Notes under the pieces: generated by a model
The model's input: the letters and a program-made list of their open reading frames with translations, nothing else
Told to the model about the DNA's origin: nothing
Database searches by the model: none
Position numbers and translations under genes: made by a program
NCBI GenBank assembly: GCA_965113315.1
Contig: OZ220364.1
DNA: 64,000 nucleotides
From: Podarcis vaucheri
Lineage: Eukaryota
Strand: one strand, 5' to 3'
In this document: piece after piece, positions 12,101 to 24,900 of the stretch
How positions within the stretch are numbered: the first letter of the stretch is position 1
Layout of the letters: each line of letters opens with the position of its first letter

Positions 12101-15100
12101 TACTTGCACCCGGGGGTGCTTTCGAACTGCTAGGTTGGCAGGCGCTGGGACCGAGCAGCGGGAGCGCACCCCGCCACGGGGATTCGAACCACCGACCTTT
12201 CGATCGGCAAGCCCTAGGCGCTGAGGCTTTTACCCACAGCGCCACCCGCGTCCCAAACAAGAAGTCTACCTGGGTCTAAAAATGGCAACCAAATTTGATC
12301 AGGATGTATCCCTTCCAGTCTGAAGTAGGGACATGCAGCCTTAACTTGCAGCCATCCTGAATGCGCAAGGCATCTCATGTGTGATGGCTCCACAAGTCCC
12401 ATTCTTAGCAGTTACCTTAGAAGTGACTCACTAGAATTATGGCCTTAAACAGGCATGAAGTAAAACATTTGCTTTGAGACTCACATGTACAAGATCAAGT
12501 TTGGCTCATCTTCAATAGTTTGAAATAGCATTTACTCTTCTCCCAAAAGGTGTGACATTTTGAATGGGCATTTTGCTGCTATGATGAATTAATTACAATT
12601 GGAACTCCACTGAGTAGGCAGCTGAATGTCATCTGGAATATTTTACAGAATTCTGGACTGAAAGTTGTTTATTCTTATTAATCAACTCCATAAAAAACGC
12701 AGTTCCCAGAATAGTGAGCAAAAGCGCCTTTCCAATCACAAATATAAACCTAAGCTAGAATTGCTTGAGGAGAACAGAGAAACGCCATCATACCTTCTCT
12801 CCCAACTTATAATTTGGTGGTGAAGGCATCTTGACATTTCTGATACTGACAACTGGTGCATCTTCCTGCGGAAGGGCTGGAGAAAGCTTCTTCTTGTTCT
12901 GGATTCTATCATCAATCTCTGAAATGACCTGCTCAGCCATGTTTCTGGGAAGAGGTTTGCCATGCCAGTTTTCCTTATCCTCAACACCTGCGGATTACCA
13001 TACACATAATTAAAAAAAGGAAATAAGTTAAATACAATACACTTCCTCAAAGTGCCAAAATCAGCAGCTTCTTCTGAGTTAGGCCCAAGTAAGCTAATAA
13101 GGTTATTTGCAAATGCAAACATCTTCCTATGAGGTTTAAGCTAGCAATGCCTTCGCCTGCCTCATTCCTGTTACTGTATTCCTTTGATCCTGCAGAAAGT
13201 CTCCTGACATACTCTTCCCTGATGCTCCTACAGCCAAATTCCTTCTCCCTCCCCATTATACTCCCAGTTCAATTATTCAAAGATGCTGATGCTGAGCCAG
13301 TCATGAGAGTGTCATACTAAGACTGGAAATACTTGGGTTAAAATCCCCACTTACCCCCACCCCCCAATCCAATGTCACTATCATTCAGCCTGGCCTACTT
13401 CACAGAACTCCTTTGAGTTTAAAATTGGGAAGGAGATTCCTGAGCTTCTCCAAGGACCTGACAATCAATTAATAAAAATATAGTCCTAGCAATTCCTCCC
13501 TTCATCTTCTCGTCACCTCCTTTCTAGAGTAATCTCCTCTGGTGCTTGGGCCCACTAGAATGACAATATAACACACACATCTGCATCAGTTCAATTACAA
13601 CACAAATGCATATGGCTATTATCCCTTTTTGGCCTCTCTTAGTCCTCTTTAGATCATGAGCCTCTGCAACATGTATCATCACAATTTTGCTTCTGCAATC
13701 CTGCTAGCTAAACCCTTGGAGCAGGTTGCACTATGTGTTCAAGTAAATGAATAAAATCAAGCCAGCAAATCAATAACCTTGACTGCAATAATGACATGCT
13801 AGGTATTCTGTAATTAAGGACCTGAATAAGCAGGCACTCTGTGCAAGCACGAAACGTCTCTTTGCTTCGGGAAAGAGCATCAGACAGACTGAGCTCTCAC
13901 AGTAACAGGAGCTAAATACTGGATTCTTTTCGCCATACAGAAGTCTCACAGAATGGCAGCATTTGTTCCTGAAAAATGACAAATATCCTAAGTTTATTTA
14001 GCTATTTTTGAAATGGCTTAAGCCAGCTGATGGATGCACAAGATTAAAAATGTAACATAATGGGGAGAAGGGGGGGAATACATGATAAATGCATAGTGGC
14101 ACAAACCCCCAGTTGCCTAGCGCAAAGAGATTCATTATTCATTGTGATTTCAGCTGGTTCTCTACCAGAGCAGAAAGGAATTCACATCCTTGCACGTATC
14201 CAAATTCAGCAGATGTGCCTGGGCTTTATTTAATTTTTAATGGGCACAGACTGCCAAGCAGGCAGGCAGGAGCACAAAGATCTCTGCTGCACGGCTAAGG
14301 AAACAGTTGATGTGTCCTGCCACTTGTGACAGCTCACAATTCATACTGAAGAGCCAAACAGAAGACGATTCCTACCTACTATTTACCAAAAAGTGGCAGA
14401 TTACTTAACGTGAAGCAGGAGGAAAAGCACAAGATATATTTTGAAGGCTAACTCAAACTTCATTTGATATAAATATATGATATGAGTGAGCATTTCATTC
14501 ATATTTAACAACTACTGAATTTTTTAAAAAAATGTCCATGTGATTCTCTTGAAGTAGTACATTGATTTATGGTTTGAATACTGCACACTCCACTTTTCCT
14601 GATGGCTTAATTTTTGGACCATAACCATTCTCAGGAATATGGAAGTACATATACAGGCATTCTCCTTTATGCTAGCCCACTGTTCTTCTCTCATCCCCCT
14701 TGAATTGAGCCTAAACTTCTATTTTATTTAGCTTCACATCTCAGCACCATGCTTGACACTTTTGTAGCATGTTTATTGCACGAAAAGCTATTCCTTCACA
14801 ATAATCAATGATTATGCTCCCTTAAGAACAGGGCTTTTAAAAATATTTCTGCTTAATAACCCAAATTGATCACATTTTATGTAATTTGTGTGGAAGACTA
14901 TTATTCAAGTCCTGAGGTATGCTAATCAGGTTTGTTTAGTGTTTTGATTTGCTTTTGATTTCGTGGTGTATATAAATCTGGCTAAATAACATCAGATATA
15001 GCAAAGGGTTATATTGATATGCAGAATAATTTACGGCTAAAGCTTGGTGTGAAAAGAAAAGGCTTAGAGTTCAGATCTAGTGTTTCCCACTATGGCACAT

Positions 15101-15807
15101 ACTGTGTCACCTTATAGGCAGGCATAGACAACATGGTGTCCTTCAATCCCAGCCAACATGACCAACACCGGTGATGTAGGAAGGGGGTGTGGTGAATGCG
15201 GGCCACCCCAGGTTTCATCACTGAGGGGGGTGATCGTGGGGCCTGACCTGCAGCACGCCCGAGCCACACATCTCTCCTGGGGAGTGACGTGGTGGCTTGG
15301 ACACCTGCAGACTCCGCGCTGCCCGAAACGGCAATGTGGGGATTGCGGATTCTGTGGAGCTTCCGCGCAGCAGCGGCTTGCAGCGTCCCTGAGTGCAGGG
15401 TATTTGCGTCGCCACGGGCGCTCAAGCAGTTAGCTACGCCACTGACCAACGCTCAATGATAGAGGGAGCTGTACTCCTGCAATGTCTGGAAGGCGACATG
15501 CCACCCTGTAATAAGGTGTCAGCCATCTTGCCATTTTAGTCACCTGCAAATGCAGAAAATGTTTAGCAGGCATTTCAGCTTGAGTGAGGAACTGATTTCA
15601 AAGAACTGGTTCATACTGAAGTCTTACTGGGGGAAATCAAGCCTTTCACACTTAGTGATGTGGCGTAAACATTTTCTAATGAGATCATTAATGACACTGT
15701 CATATAATCTGAGGTTTTCTGAAATCAAGCAGTATATATATTGACTTGTAGCTCAGTCTTTTCCCCACTATGCTATACCAACTATCACATTTATTTCTCT
15801 CTCATTC

Positions 15808-15842
<35 letters not shown>

Positions 15843-15877
15843 AGAGAGAAATAAATGTGATAGTTGGTGTATTTATT

Positions 15878-15918
<41 letters not shown>

Positions 15919-18900
15919 GGTTTTGGTGTCTTCGGGTGTCTTCCCGTGTAAGAGTCGGGGTGTCTGGGCGACGTTTCGACGAGGTCTCACTCGTCATCTT
16001 CAGGCTGGAGCTTTCGGCTTCTTGTTATATATGCTTATGAATATGAAATAAATGTGAAAGTTGGTGTAGCATAGTGGTGAAAAGACTGAACTTGTACTCA
16101 GGAAACCCCTGCTTTTGAATCTCACATCTGCCTTGAACTTACTAGGTGGCCATAGGCAAACCACTCTTTCGGTCTCAGACCCCTTGCAGCAAAACAGCAT
16201 TAATGTTAATGCAGGGTTGCTGTAAGGATTACATGACAATATAAGTGTTATGAAAGCACTATGTAATTCCTTATCATCATCCTTATCCTTAATTCAAAAA
16301 GTGGCTAGAAATACTATTAACAAGCAAATCATAGCGGTAGCTGCTGCTCAGCTGAAAAGTCTGCCGCCTGGCATCACCTGTTATTCCTTTGCCTTTATAA
16401 GTCTTGGCAATAATTGCAGTTGGCTGATGTTTGGCCTGGCCAAAGGCTTTGCACAGTTCCTCCACACTGTGCCCATCGACGACGATAGCATGCCAGCTAG
16501 GAATGCAAACAAACAGATTAGCTTTTAAAAGGATTTGCAGAGGCAAAGCTTTTTATAAGAGCTCCGTGCCGAATAAGCAAAAGCAAGCACTGAACTGGTA
16601 CATATAGTTATATATTATTAATAAGCTACACGATGGCATTTTTTGTTGCAAGATGCAGCTAAGATCCAAGGAATAGCTTAAGTGCACCAAAGGGCTTGGC
16701 ACGCCCAATAAGATGTTTTGCTTTGTTTTTTGAACAGCCAAGCCCAAGCTGTATCACAGTTCACTTTATAATGCCTCTTCAGTATCAAACTCCTCAGTAG
16801 TTTGAAAAAAATTAAGACCAAGCTCTCCTGGATGCTTAGGAATGAGCACACAGTTCCCTGGATCCCAGCGACATGTCAGAATCAGAAAATGTTGCACTTG
16901 GGCTTGTTGCCTTAGCTTATTCGTCTTTGTCTCTGACTAATGGCATGCTGAACAGTAGCAAATTTTAGTCCTAGCATATTCAGCCTAACCTTTATAAATG
17001 AATAATAAAAGAACCAGTAGCTAAGAATATTTGGCAAGAATGTATCATGGACTAAAAGATAAATATCTTCCAAGTATTCATAAGCATAAAGGACCTTTGC
17101 AAAAACCAAGAATTATCTCTCTGAATAATAAGTTTTTATTTTTTCCACTTACTATCGCATTCTCTTTGTGGACTCAAAGGCTATAAGCTATCTTCAACCT
17201 GTTTAACCACTTTATTAAAATAACTATAAACTAAAGCAAGGTCTAGAATACGTGCTAAGGACACAAGAATCTATAACAATAAATCCTTTCTGAAATAGAG
17301 ACAACACCTATGTGACCTAAAGGCTCAAATAGTTCAATGGGGCCTTTAAGCATGTTTTAAGGAGTGAGGAAATAGCCAGTTTCCTCAAATAGGACAAATT
17401 TCAACAGAGCCAGAAATAAACGCTTTGAAAGCATGACTGTCAACGGCTAAACAAATAAAAAAAGCACCTCCTTGCCATTTTGTGCTCTTCAAATGAAAGA
17501 ACGGACTGACTCCTGGACAAAATTTAACGACCTGTATTGGCCTTTACTTTTCTGTGTTTATGATCCCTTTATATTGACTATCATGGCTCCAAGTTGGATG
17601 CAGACATCTCTGTTTGTGGAAGGGATTGAGATTCAGTGGAGGCTCCCAGTGCATGAAGACAAGGTGATTTTCACCAAATCTGCCTTCTCCGTGTAGCCCC
17701 ATGTGCTTTGTACCCTGACACTGTGGAGCAACTTTTCAGAGAGCACAGGAGTTTTAGGGGAGGAATTGGGGGGAAATGGCCTCTTCCTTCAGCAGGAGAG
17801 CCCTGTGGGAAGACTGCTGCCCCTAGAGATTTTGATTCTGCATTTAATGATCCTCCGAACTCAATCCCCAAATTGAAAAGAGCACAGAGCAACCAAGGTT
17901 GAAGACATCATATATTTCTCACATACATACATACATACATACATACATACATACCCAAAGGCTTCACAACGTTTTTGGTAGATTTCAACATGATGCTGCA
18001 GAGGCGCAGGGTCACTTTGTCCAAGTCGGTTAATGTCAAGAATAGCAACCAAATTATCCAGCTTGTAGAACCCAGCAAAGGCCATTGCCTCCCAAACTGA
18101 ACCTTCAGACAATTCTCCATCACCAAGGACACAATAAACACGGTAGCTGCATATTGAATAACAAAAAGCAGGGACTAAATATTCAGTATCATAAGTTGAC
18201 AAAGGAGGAAAAACACTTTTTCAGATAAGCCTACACAGTATGGACAATACAACAGTAGCCCCAATGAAACATTTTGCCTTTAATGACACTCTTCCTACAT
18301 AGATTTTGTTGGCTCTTCTTCAAAGCTTCAGCCCTCTGAAGGAATTTTGCTTTTCAGTACTTTCCTTTCTTTCTACCATTTTTTGTTGCATCATTATTAC
18401 ATAACCTAGTTAGGTGTTACAGCAGTACATTTGTGTATCTGGAGAAAATAGGTTTGGATCTTAGGAGCAAAAGGCAGTCAGGGGCACAGCCCATCATGCC
18501 AGCCACATGCTTCCTAGCCTGACAGACTTTTGGCATCAAAAAAACTTCAAGTGACAGCCACGTGAAAGTCCGGTATATCACTTCCTTTTATTCTTAAATT
18601 CAGACCCTGTCACCATCCCCAGCTTCCTGTGTGGCTGGGGAAGAACTGGATTTCAACACAGACCTGCTGCCGTTACATTCGGTTTCACCATTAGGACAGG
18701 GGCAGGAAACTTGTGGCTGCCCGTATGCCCTTGGACTACAATGCCAACTATCTGTGAACAATGGCCATGCTGGACAGAAGTTTCTAGTTCAGCAACATCT
18801 GAAAGGCCTTAAGTTTCCCACCGCTGACTTTGCTACACATAGGCTTCCATAGGCTCATTCCATAAAGGGAGGAGAGGGCTTTTAAAGCAGAATGAGTGCG

Positions 18901-21900
18901 CTTCGCATACTATTACACGGCCTTCTCAAACTTGGGTCCCCAGATGTTATTGGACCACAACGTCCATTGTCCCTGACCACTGGTCCTGGTAGCTAGGAAT
19001 GATGGGAGTTGTAGTCCAACAACATCCAGGGACCCAAGTTTGAGAAAGGTTCCTAAAATGTTTCCAAAGCATGCTCTCTGGGTGTACGATACTAAAGGCA
19101 TTAAGATGTCCTGGGTTATTTCTGTTCTGGCAGCCAGTGTATTTTGATTTATTCCTTTAATCAGAGAGAAAGTATACAATCCTCATTAGATGGGTCAATC
19201 CAAATGTCTTGTTTGTGTTGGTTTGTGACTCATTTATACTGAAAAAGCTTAAGTGATTTATAGTACTCGATGCGACATAAAATAAATTTTATGAGCCTAA
19301 AGGTGAATCAGACAAAGGCTCATCTAGTCTAGCTTTCTGTTTCCACCAGCAATCCAGCAAATGTGTTCCGGAAAATAGTCACCAAAACATAATTTTAAAA
19401 TCTAATTTAAAATAATGAGTCAGTTTTGAAGACAGGAGGAAGAAAATACAATTTTTTAGGGCTGTGTCAAAGTAATCACAGAAAACTTACACATGTGCAG
19501 ATAAAAGCTTTACGCTAGCTATGCCATATTTCTTATGGCTGCCATCCGCAGGGGTATGGACACAAGATTTATGCCTGCATTTGGGGATTTGGTTTGACAG
19601 GTCACACAAGGCTTGTGGATGCTCTCCGAGGTCCTGTTCTACGATCAGGCTTGCACTAGAGACATAAGCCTGCCTTCAATGTCATGGTTTCCCCCCCTCC
19701 CCAAGAATTGTGGGAAGTATTGTTCTTATTAAAAAGCCCTCTCCTCCCTTTATGGAATGAGCCTATGGAATGAGCTGCTGCAGGATACGGTAGCAGCCAC
19801 TAGCCTAGATGGCTTTAAAAGCAGATTAGACAAATTCATAGAATATAAAAGGCTATTAGCTGCCACTAGTTAATGATGGCTATATGCTACCTCCAGATTT
19901 AGACAGGACGCCACTGAAATACAGTTGCTGGAAACAATAGTGGGAAATGTCTTCATATTCTGCTTGTGGGCTGCCATCGGGCATCTAACTGGCTAGACTA
20001 GATAGGTCTTTGCTCTGATGCAGCAAGATTCTGTCAGCACCCATGCAAAATTACAGCACCCATGCAAAATTACAGTCATTTAGAAGCTATGTCTGACATT
20101 ACTGGAAACTTAAGCACAGATTAATATTGGTTTTAGGATTCTAACATAAATGTGCCCTGAGAGGACAGCTTTTTTTCATAGTCATACACCATGAGAAACA
20201 GGGCTGCAGACAAGTATTATTCAGCTCCGTAATGCAGGTTTTTAAGACCAAAATTCAAGCCCTCCTAGTGTAGTTCACTGAACTAACTTCATTTGTTCCT
20301 GTAGGCTGCTACGGTTGTTAAGAGGCCTAATAATGTGTGCCCGTGTGCCCTAGAAAGTATTTAAGGAGCTCGTAATGAGCAGCAAGAATAATCTGAAACA
20401 CACATTATTCTCTACTTTTGGTTTTTCCGCCTAAGTCAAAGCCTCACCTAAAGGTAATCAAAATGAGTAACCAGAAGGAAGCTGTGAGTCATTAGTGCCA
20501 ATTATTGTAGAACGAGAATGTAACCTTGAGGGGGAAATGTGCTTCAACAATAACTCTTACTGTAAAGCTGGAATGAATGCGTGCCTGCTAAACACACCAT
20601 CACTGTGACTCAGCAAAATCCTTGGGAAAGCTCAGCTACTACTTAAGAAGTGCTGCTTATAATCTATTTAGCCAAAGGCAAGGATTTGCACATTATTCAG
20701 TATGTATATTTGAGTCTAAATGCTTAACCTGTAAGAACTGCTACACCTCAAGGGAAAACAAGTTGGGACACTAAAATGCTTGAAGTTTTGTTTGCTTGTT
20801 TTATAGTTCATAGCTCCAACCACCACCAATGGAAACTCCCTTTCTGGGTTGAAGTGACAGCATGAGGCATATTTAGCGGAGGATAGAATTTCCCACCCAC
20901 ATATCACTATTAGCTGTAAAAAAAAACAACCAACCAAACATACAAATGCAACTTCCAAATGCATTTAGAGTCATGTTTAATTTGGCCCTCAGTTGTGGCC
21001 TACTGCAGTTAAATAAAAGCTTCAGCCCCACTTCCATTATACTGGGTTTACCCCCACTTCTTTCGTGTCATTAGCATCTGCCACAAGTAAAAGCACTGGG
21101 AGTGACAGTCTTGCACAGCAATGTTCCTTCTTGGTACGGCTGATTATATTAATATAGATTAGAAACCTTTTCATTTATTAAAAAGGTGCCCAAGACTCAG
21201 CCTTGCATTTAAGCACTAGCCTGGTAGCCACACGTGATTAGGAATTGCATGCAGGTTGAGTCCATGATGCAATTCTAAGCAGGCAAATGAGTGGTGTTAA
21301 CAGAGGGATAGACGAGTTTGTCCCTGCTGAGCAACCAGCAGAGAGACTAAGGGAGCTGCCGGACGATGGAAACCCTTTCCCATTTACTTCCAACACACAA
21401 TGGCACAGCTTGTTGCAAAAGGAACAGAGCTCTCCATCCATCCTTTGTTAGCCACCAGCAAGCTTGTAAACAGTTCTGCAGGCTAGTAACTTCTATGGGC
21501 TTATTTACAAGGTCTGTGAGTTTTAAAAAGCAAAGCAAAAGAACTGATTTTAAAAACGTTCTTAGAAAAAGCTGCAGATGGCAGGTGTTGTCTTTGAAGA
21601 GGCATCCCCTGTCCCCTCTCTCTTACAGAGGATAAAAAGTCTCTGGTGAGATGGCGCCTACTGCAACATGTGCAGGCATTCAAGAGTATGCTGGCATTGT
21701 TGTTTATTCTGATACAAATTTACATAGTTATAGTCAACTAAAAACCATATGATCAAGTAACTAGCATTTCTTTAATCAGGTGACAGTTCTACTTTATGAT
21801 TTTTTCAGATGAGCAAAGGCCAATATGGATTGTGATGCATCCTGGTAGGGACAGCAAGGAGCCACTGTGAAGTAACTGCTGCATTGTGCAATTTGATGCC

Positions 21901-24900
21901 ATTTTTTTTCTGGCAGACATTTAATGGGTGATTTGCTACCCATCCCAGTATCTCATGATGGGGAATGCACCGGCAGCAGCATTTAAACCTAATATGCAGC
22001 TGTTGAAAGGCCCAGGAGGCTGATGGAACAAAGTTGACAATCCTAGATGGACTTAACATTCCTCTCTCAGCCTTAAGATTTTGTGAATCAAACTCAACTC
22101 CAAGTGACAGGGTTTCTCCCCCCCCCCCCCAGTTTAGCTTTTCTGCATTTCCTACTTCCTCAAATACTTTACAGGTGACTGTATAATTTCTGGGCTGATT
22201 TGTCTATTTGCCAAAACATCAGTGTGCAAATTAAATGTATTTGTGTGAGAGGTGAGGTGGGGTGTGTGAATATAGCAAGCTGGCAATAATACAGCAAGGC
22301 AGGAATAAAAATGGATAAATACTGATGAGAGCAGTTCATGCTATCATCTACAGTAAATGTCGTTTGTGTTAGGGCACGTATCTGCAATCTTTATTAGTCA
22401 CCTAGCTAAGTTACGATTTTACAAAACCCTGGCTATTCCCCAGCATGACGTGCAAAGAGCCAGTGAGCACCAACCGTAGGCAGAGATAAAGTCTTTCTAT
22501 GAATACCACCTGCCAGGCTGCATTAAGATCACCACATCAGTGTACACAGAAATGCTTTCAAGCAAGTGAAGTGTGCAATGTAAAATTGCATTTACTCAGC
22601 AACCCAGATTTTCATGCTCTAATACTGTCACATAAAATACATCAACTCCCCCAACACACACAGACAAATGCCTTTGGATATCTCCTTTTCTTTAACACCA
22701 CATGAAGATTTTCATACCAGTTCTAACAGGACTATTGCCCTTGAACTCACTACGAGTTGCACAACAGGGTTCTTCTGCATAATATCCTCTAACACCATTG
22801 TTGGACAACGCTGTGTTGCCATAACAATCTTTGAACAAAATTCGCTTTCGCTCAAGCTAAATACTGCTTTCATATAAAGTCACCTTTCTATTCCATTGTC
22901 ACTAGCATTATTTCTGCAGAGGTATGGAGGTTCTCGCTCTTTCATGGGCACCGAACAAGCTATAATTGCAATTCAAAAGGTTGTGGACCAGATTTGGCAT
23001 TTCTTTGCTCTGTGCCCAATGTAACAACAGATGAATCTTGTTAATTTAGCAGGGTCTGCATTCTCAAACTTGAGATTGGAAACTTGATTGTGTAACAGCA
23101 TCATGGGCAGTTTTGCTTCATTTCCTTATTCATCCATATACCTCCATGCAAGCAAAGAGGGTGAAATATTTTCAAGATACCTGGCTTTGTCAAAGTACTT
23201 CCCGGTGTAGGCCATACCGCATGCAGCACCCAAGCCTTGGCCGAGTGACCCAGTAGCGACATCAGTGAATGCTTGTTTCTAAAAAGAAGAAGAATAGCAT
23301 GTAACCAAAAGAATATCTACTTCATAAACCCTAAGCTTTCAATCCTAGGCACACCAGCAGTGAGCCCAGTTTGGGGTTACTTACAAGTAAGAATTCACAG
23401 AACAGGCTGCATGTTCAACCCTGACCCAAAGTTCCCACAGGTATATCTAGTGCAGCAGGGAAAGATACCAGCCTAACTCCCTGAAGACTAATTTGTTAAA
23501 CTCACCTTTTCGCCATCAATACTCATCTTTTTAGCCATCTATATTATCTAAGGACTGTACGCCACCCAACCCCACCCTGCCCTTGAAATCTGGCCCTTAG
23601 TCAGCCTTAGCTGCCAGATCAAGCACTCCCTCTGAGCACTTCAGGAAGTCACGAGAAGAGCCTATGGGCTGCATCCAATACAACTGGCGTTCCATTCATG
23701 CAACAAGACTACTACCCCTACGTCTTCTGTGTGACCCCAAAAATCTGCTCTGGATCAGATTTTAAGGGTGCACAAGGAACTGCAGGGAAGAGGAAGCAGA
23801 CACTCCCATGTGCAAGAGGTAGTATGTTGTGTGAGCAGATCAGCAGCACCAGATGCAACCCTACGTGAGTAAATTAATGCAATACAGGTGTGTCAGGAGT
23901 TAAGTATTACTCTGCAGTCATAACCCATACGGCACATCTCTGAAGGTCTGAGATGCAAAAGCTGCACCTGCCCCAAATATTTAAAGCCCCGTTTTCTGCT
24001 CTTAGCTGGCAGCTGTTGCAATGGTCATGTTAAACAGATTCTAACAAACGAAGAAAGCATGCTGAACTAATTATCTTGATCAACCGTACATTTCAAAAAC
24101 AGCTGCTCATTAGGTGAGCTTCTGCATCTAGGGTAGGCAGTGTGTGGAGGGGATTTGTGATGAAGCATCCATCCATTCTCAGAGCTATGAGAGATGTGTT
24201 GGAGCATCATAAAAAGTAGCCTGTTTTAAAGGGACCCCTGACCATTAGGTCCAGTCACGGATGACTCTGCGGTTGCGGCACTCATCTCGCTTTACTGGCC
24301 AAGGGAGCCAGCGTACAGCTTCCAGGTCATGTGGCCAGCATGACTAAGCCACTTCTGGTGAACCAGAGCAGCACACGGAAACGCTGTTTAGCTTCCCGCC
24401 AGAGCGGTACCTATTTATCTACTTGCACTTCGTGCTTTCGAACTGCTAGGTTGGTAGGAGCCTGTTTTAATACCATAGCTAATACTGACGTGCATGAAAG
24501 TAAAGGCATTGAGTGCCCTTCTAAAATGTAAAAGTAATCTTCTTTGGTTGCTTTCTCGGGGCGGGGGGGACACCTTTAACTATACTTCATTTGTTGTCAA
24601 CCCAGGGGTTTATTTCTGTTACCTAAACCATTGCTAAACTATCACTACGAACCAGATGTTGACAGTAGTGTAAAAGGTGCACAAACTTTTGATTCCTAAG
24701 GCAATCTCCCTGCGTTTTCCCAAAATACTCACTGGCACAGGGTGGCCTTCCAAAATGGAATCAATTTTCCTCAGGTTTAATAACTCTGATTCATGGAGGA
24801 AGCCTGCTTCAGCCCAGGCAGCATACAGGATTGGGGCTGCATGACCCTAGACGAAGGGGAAGAAACAAAATCAACAACTGCAGACCATCTTAAGAAGAGA

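Noticed and set aside
12170-12254. tRNA-like sequence with A and B boxes
   Set aside because: It is the head of a SINE, not a tRNA gene.
20036-20076. Short tandem duplications (19 bp here; similar ones near 19752, 31943, 46868 and 62078)
   Set aside because: Ordinary slippage duplications of two units with no spacers; not CRISPR-like or functional arrays.
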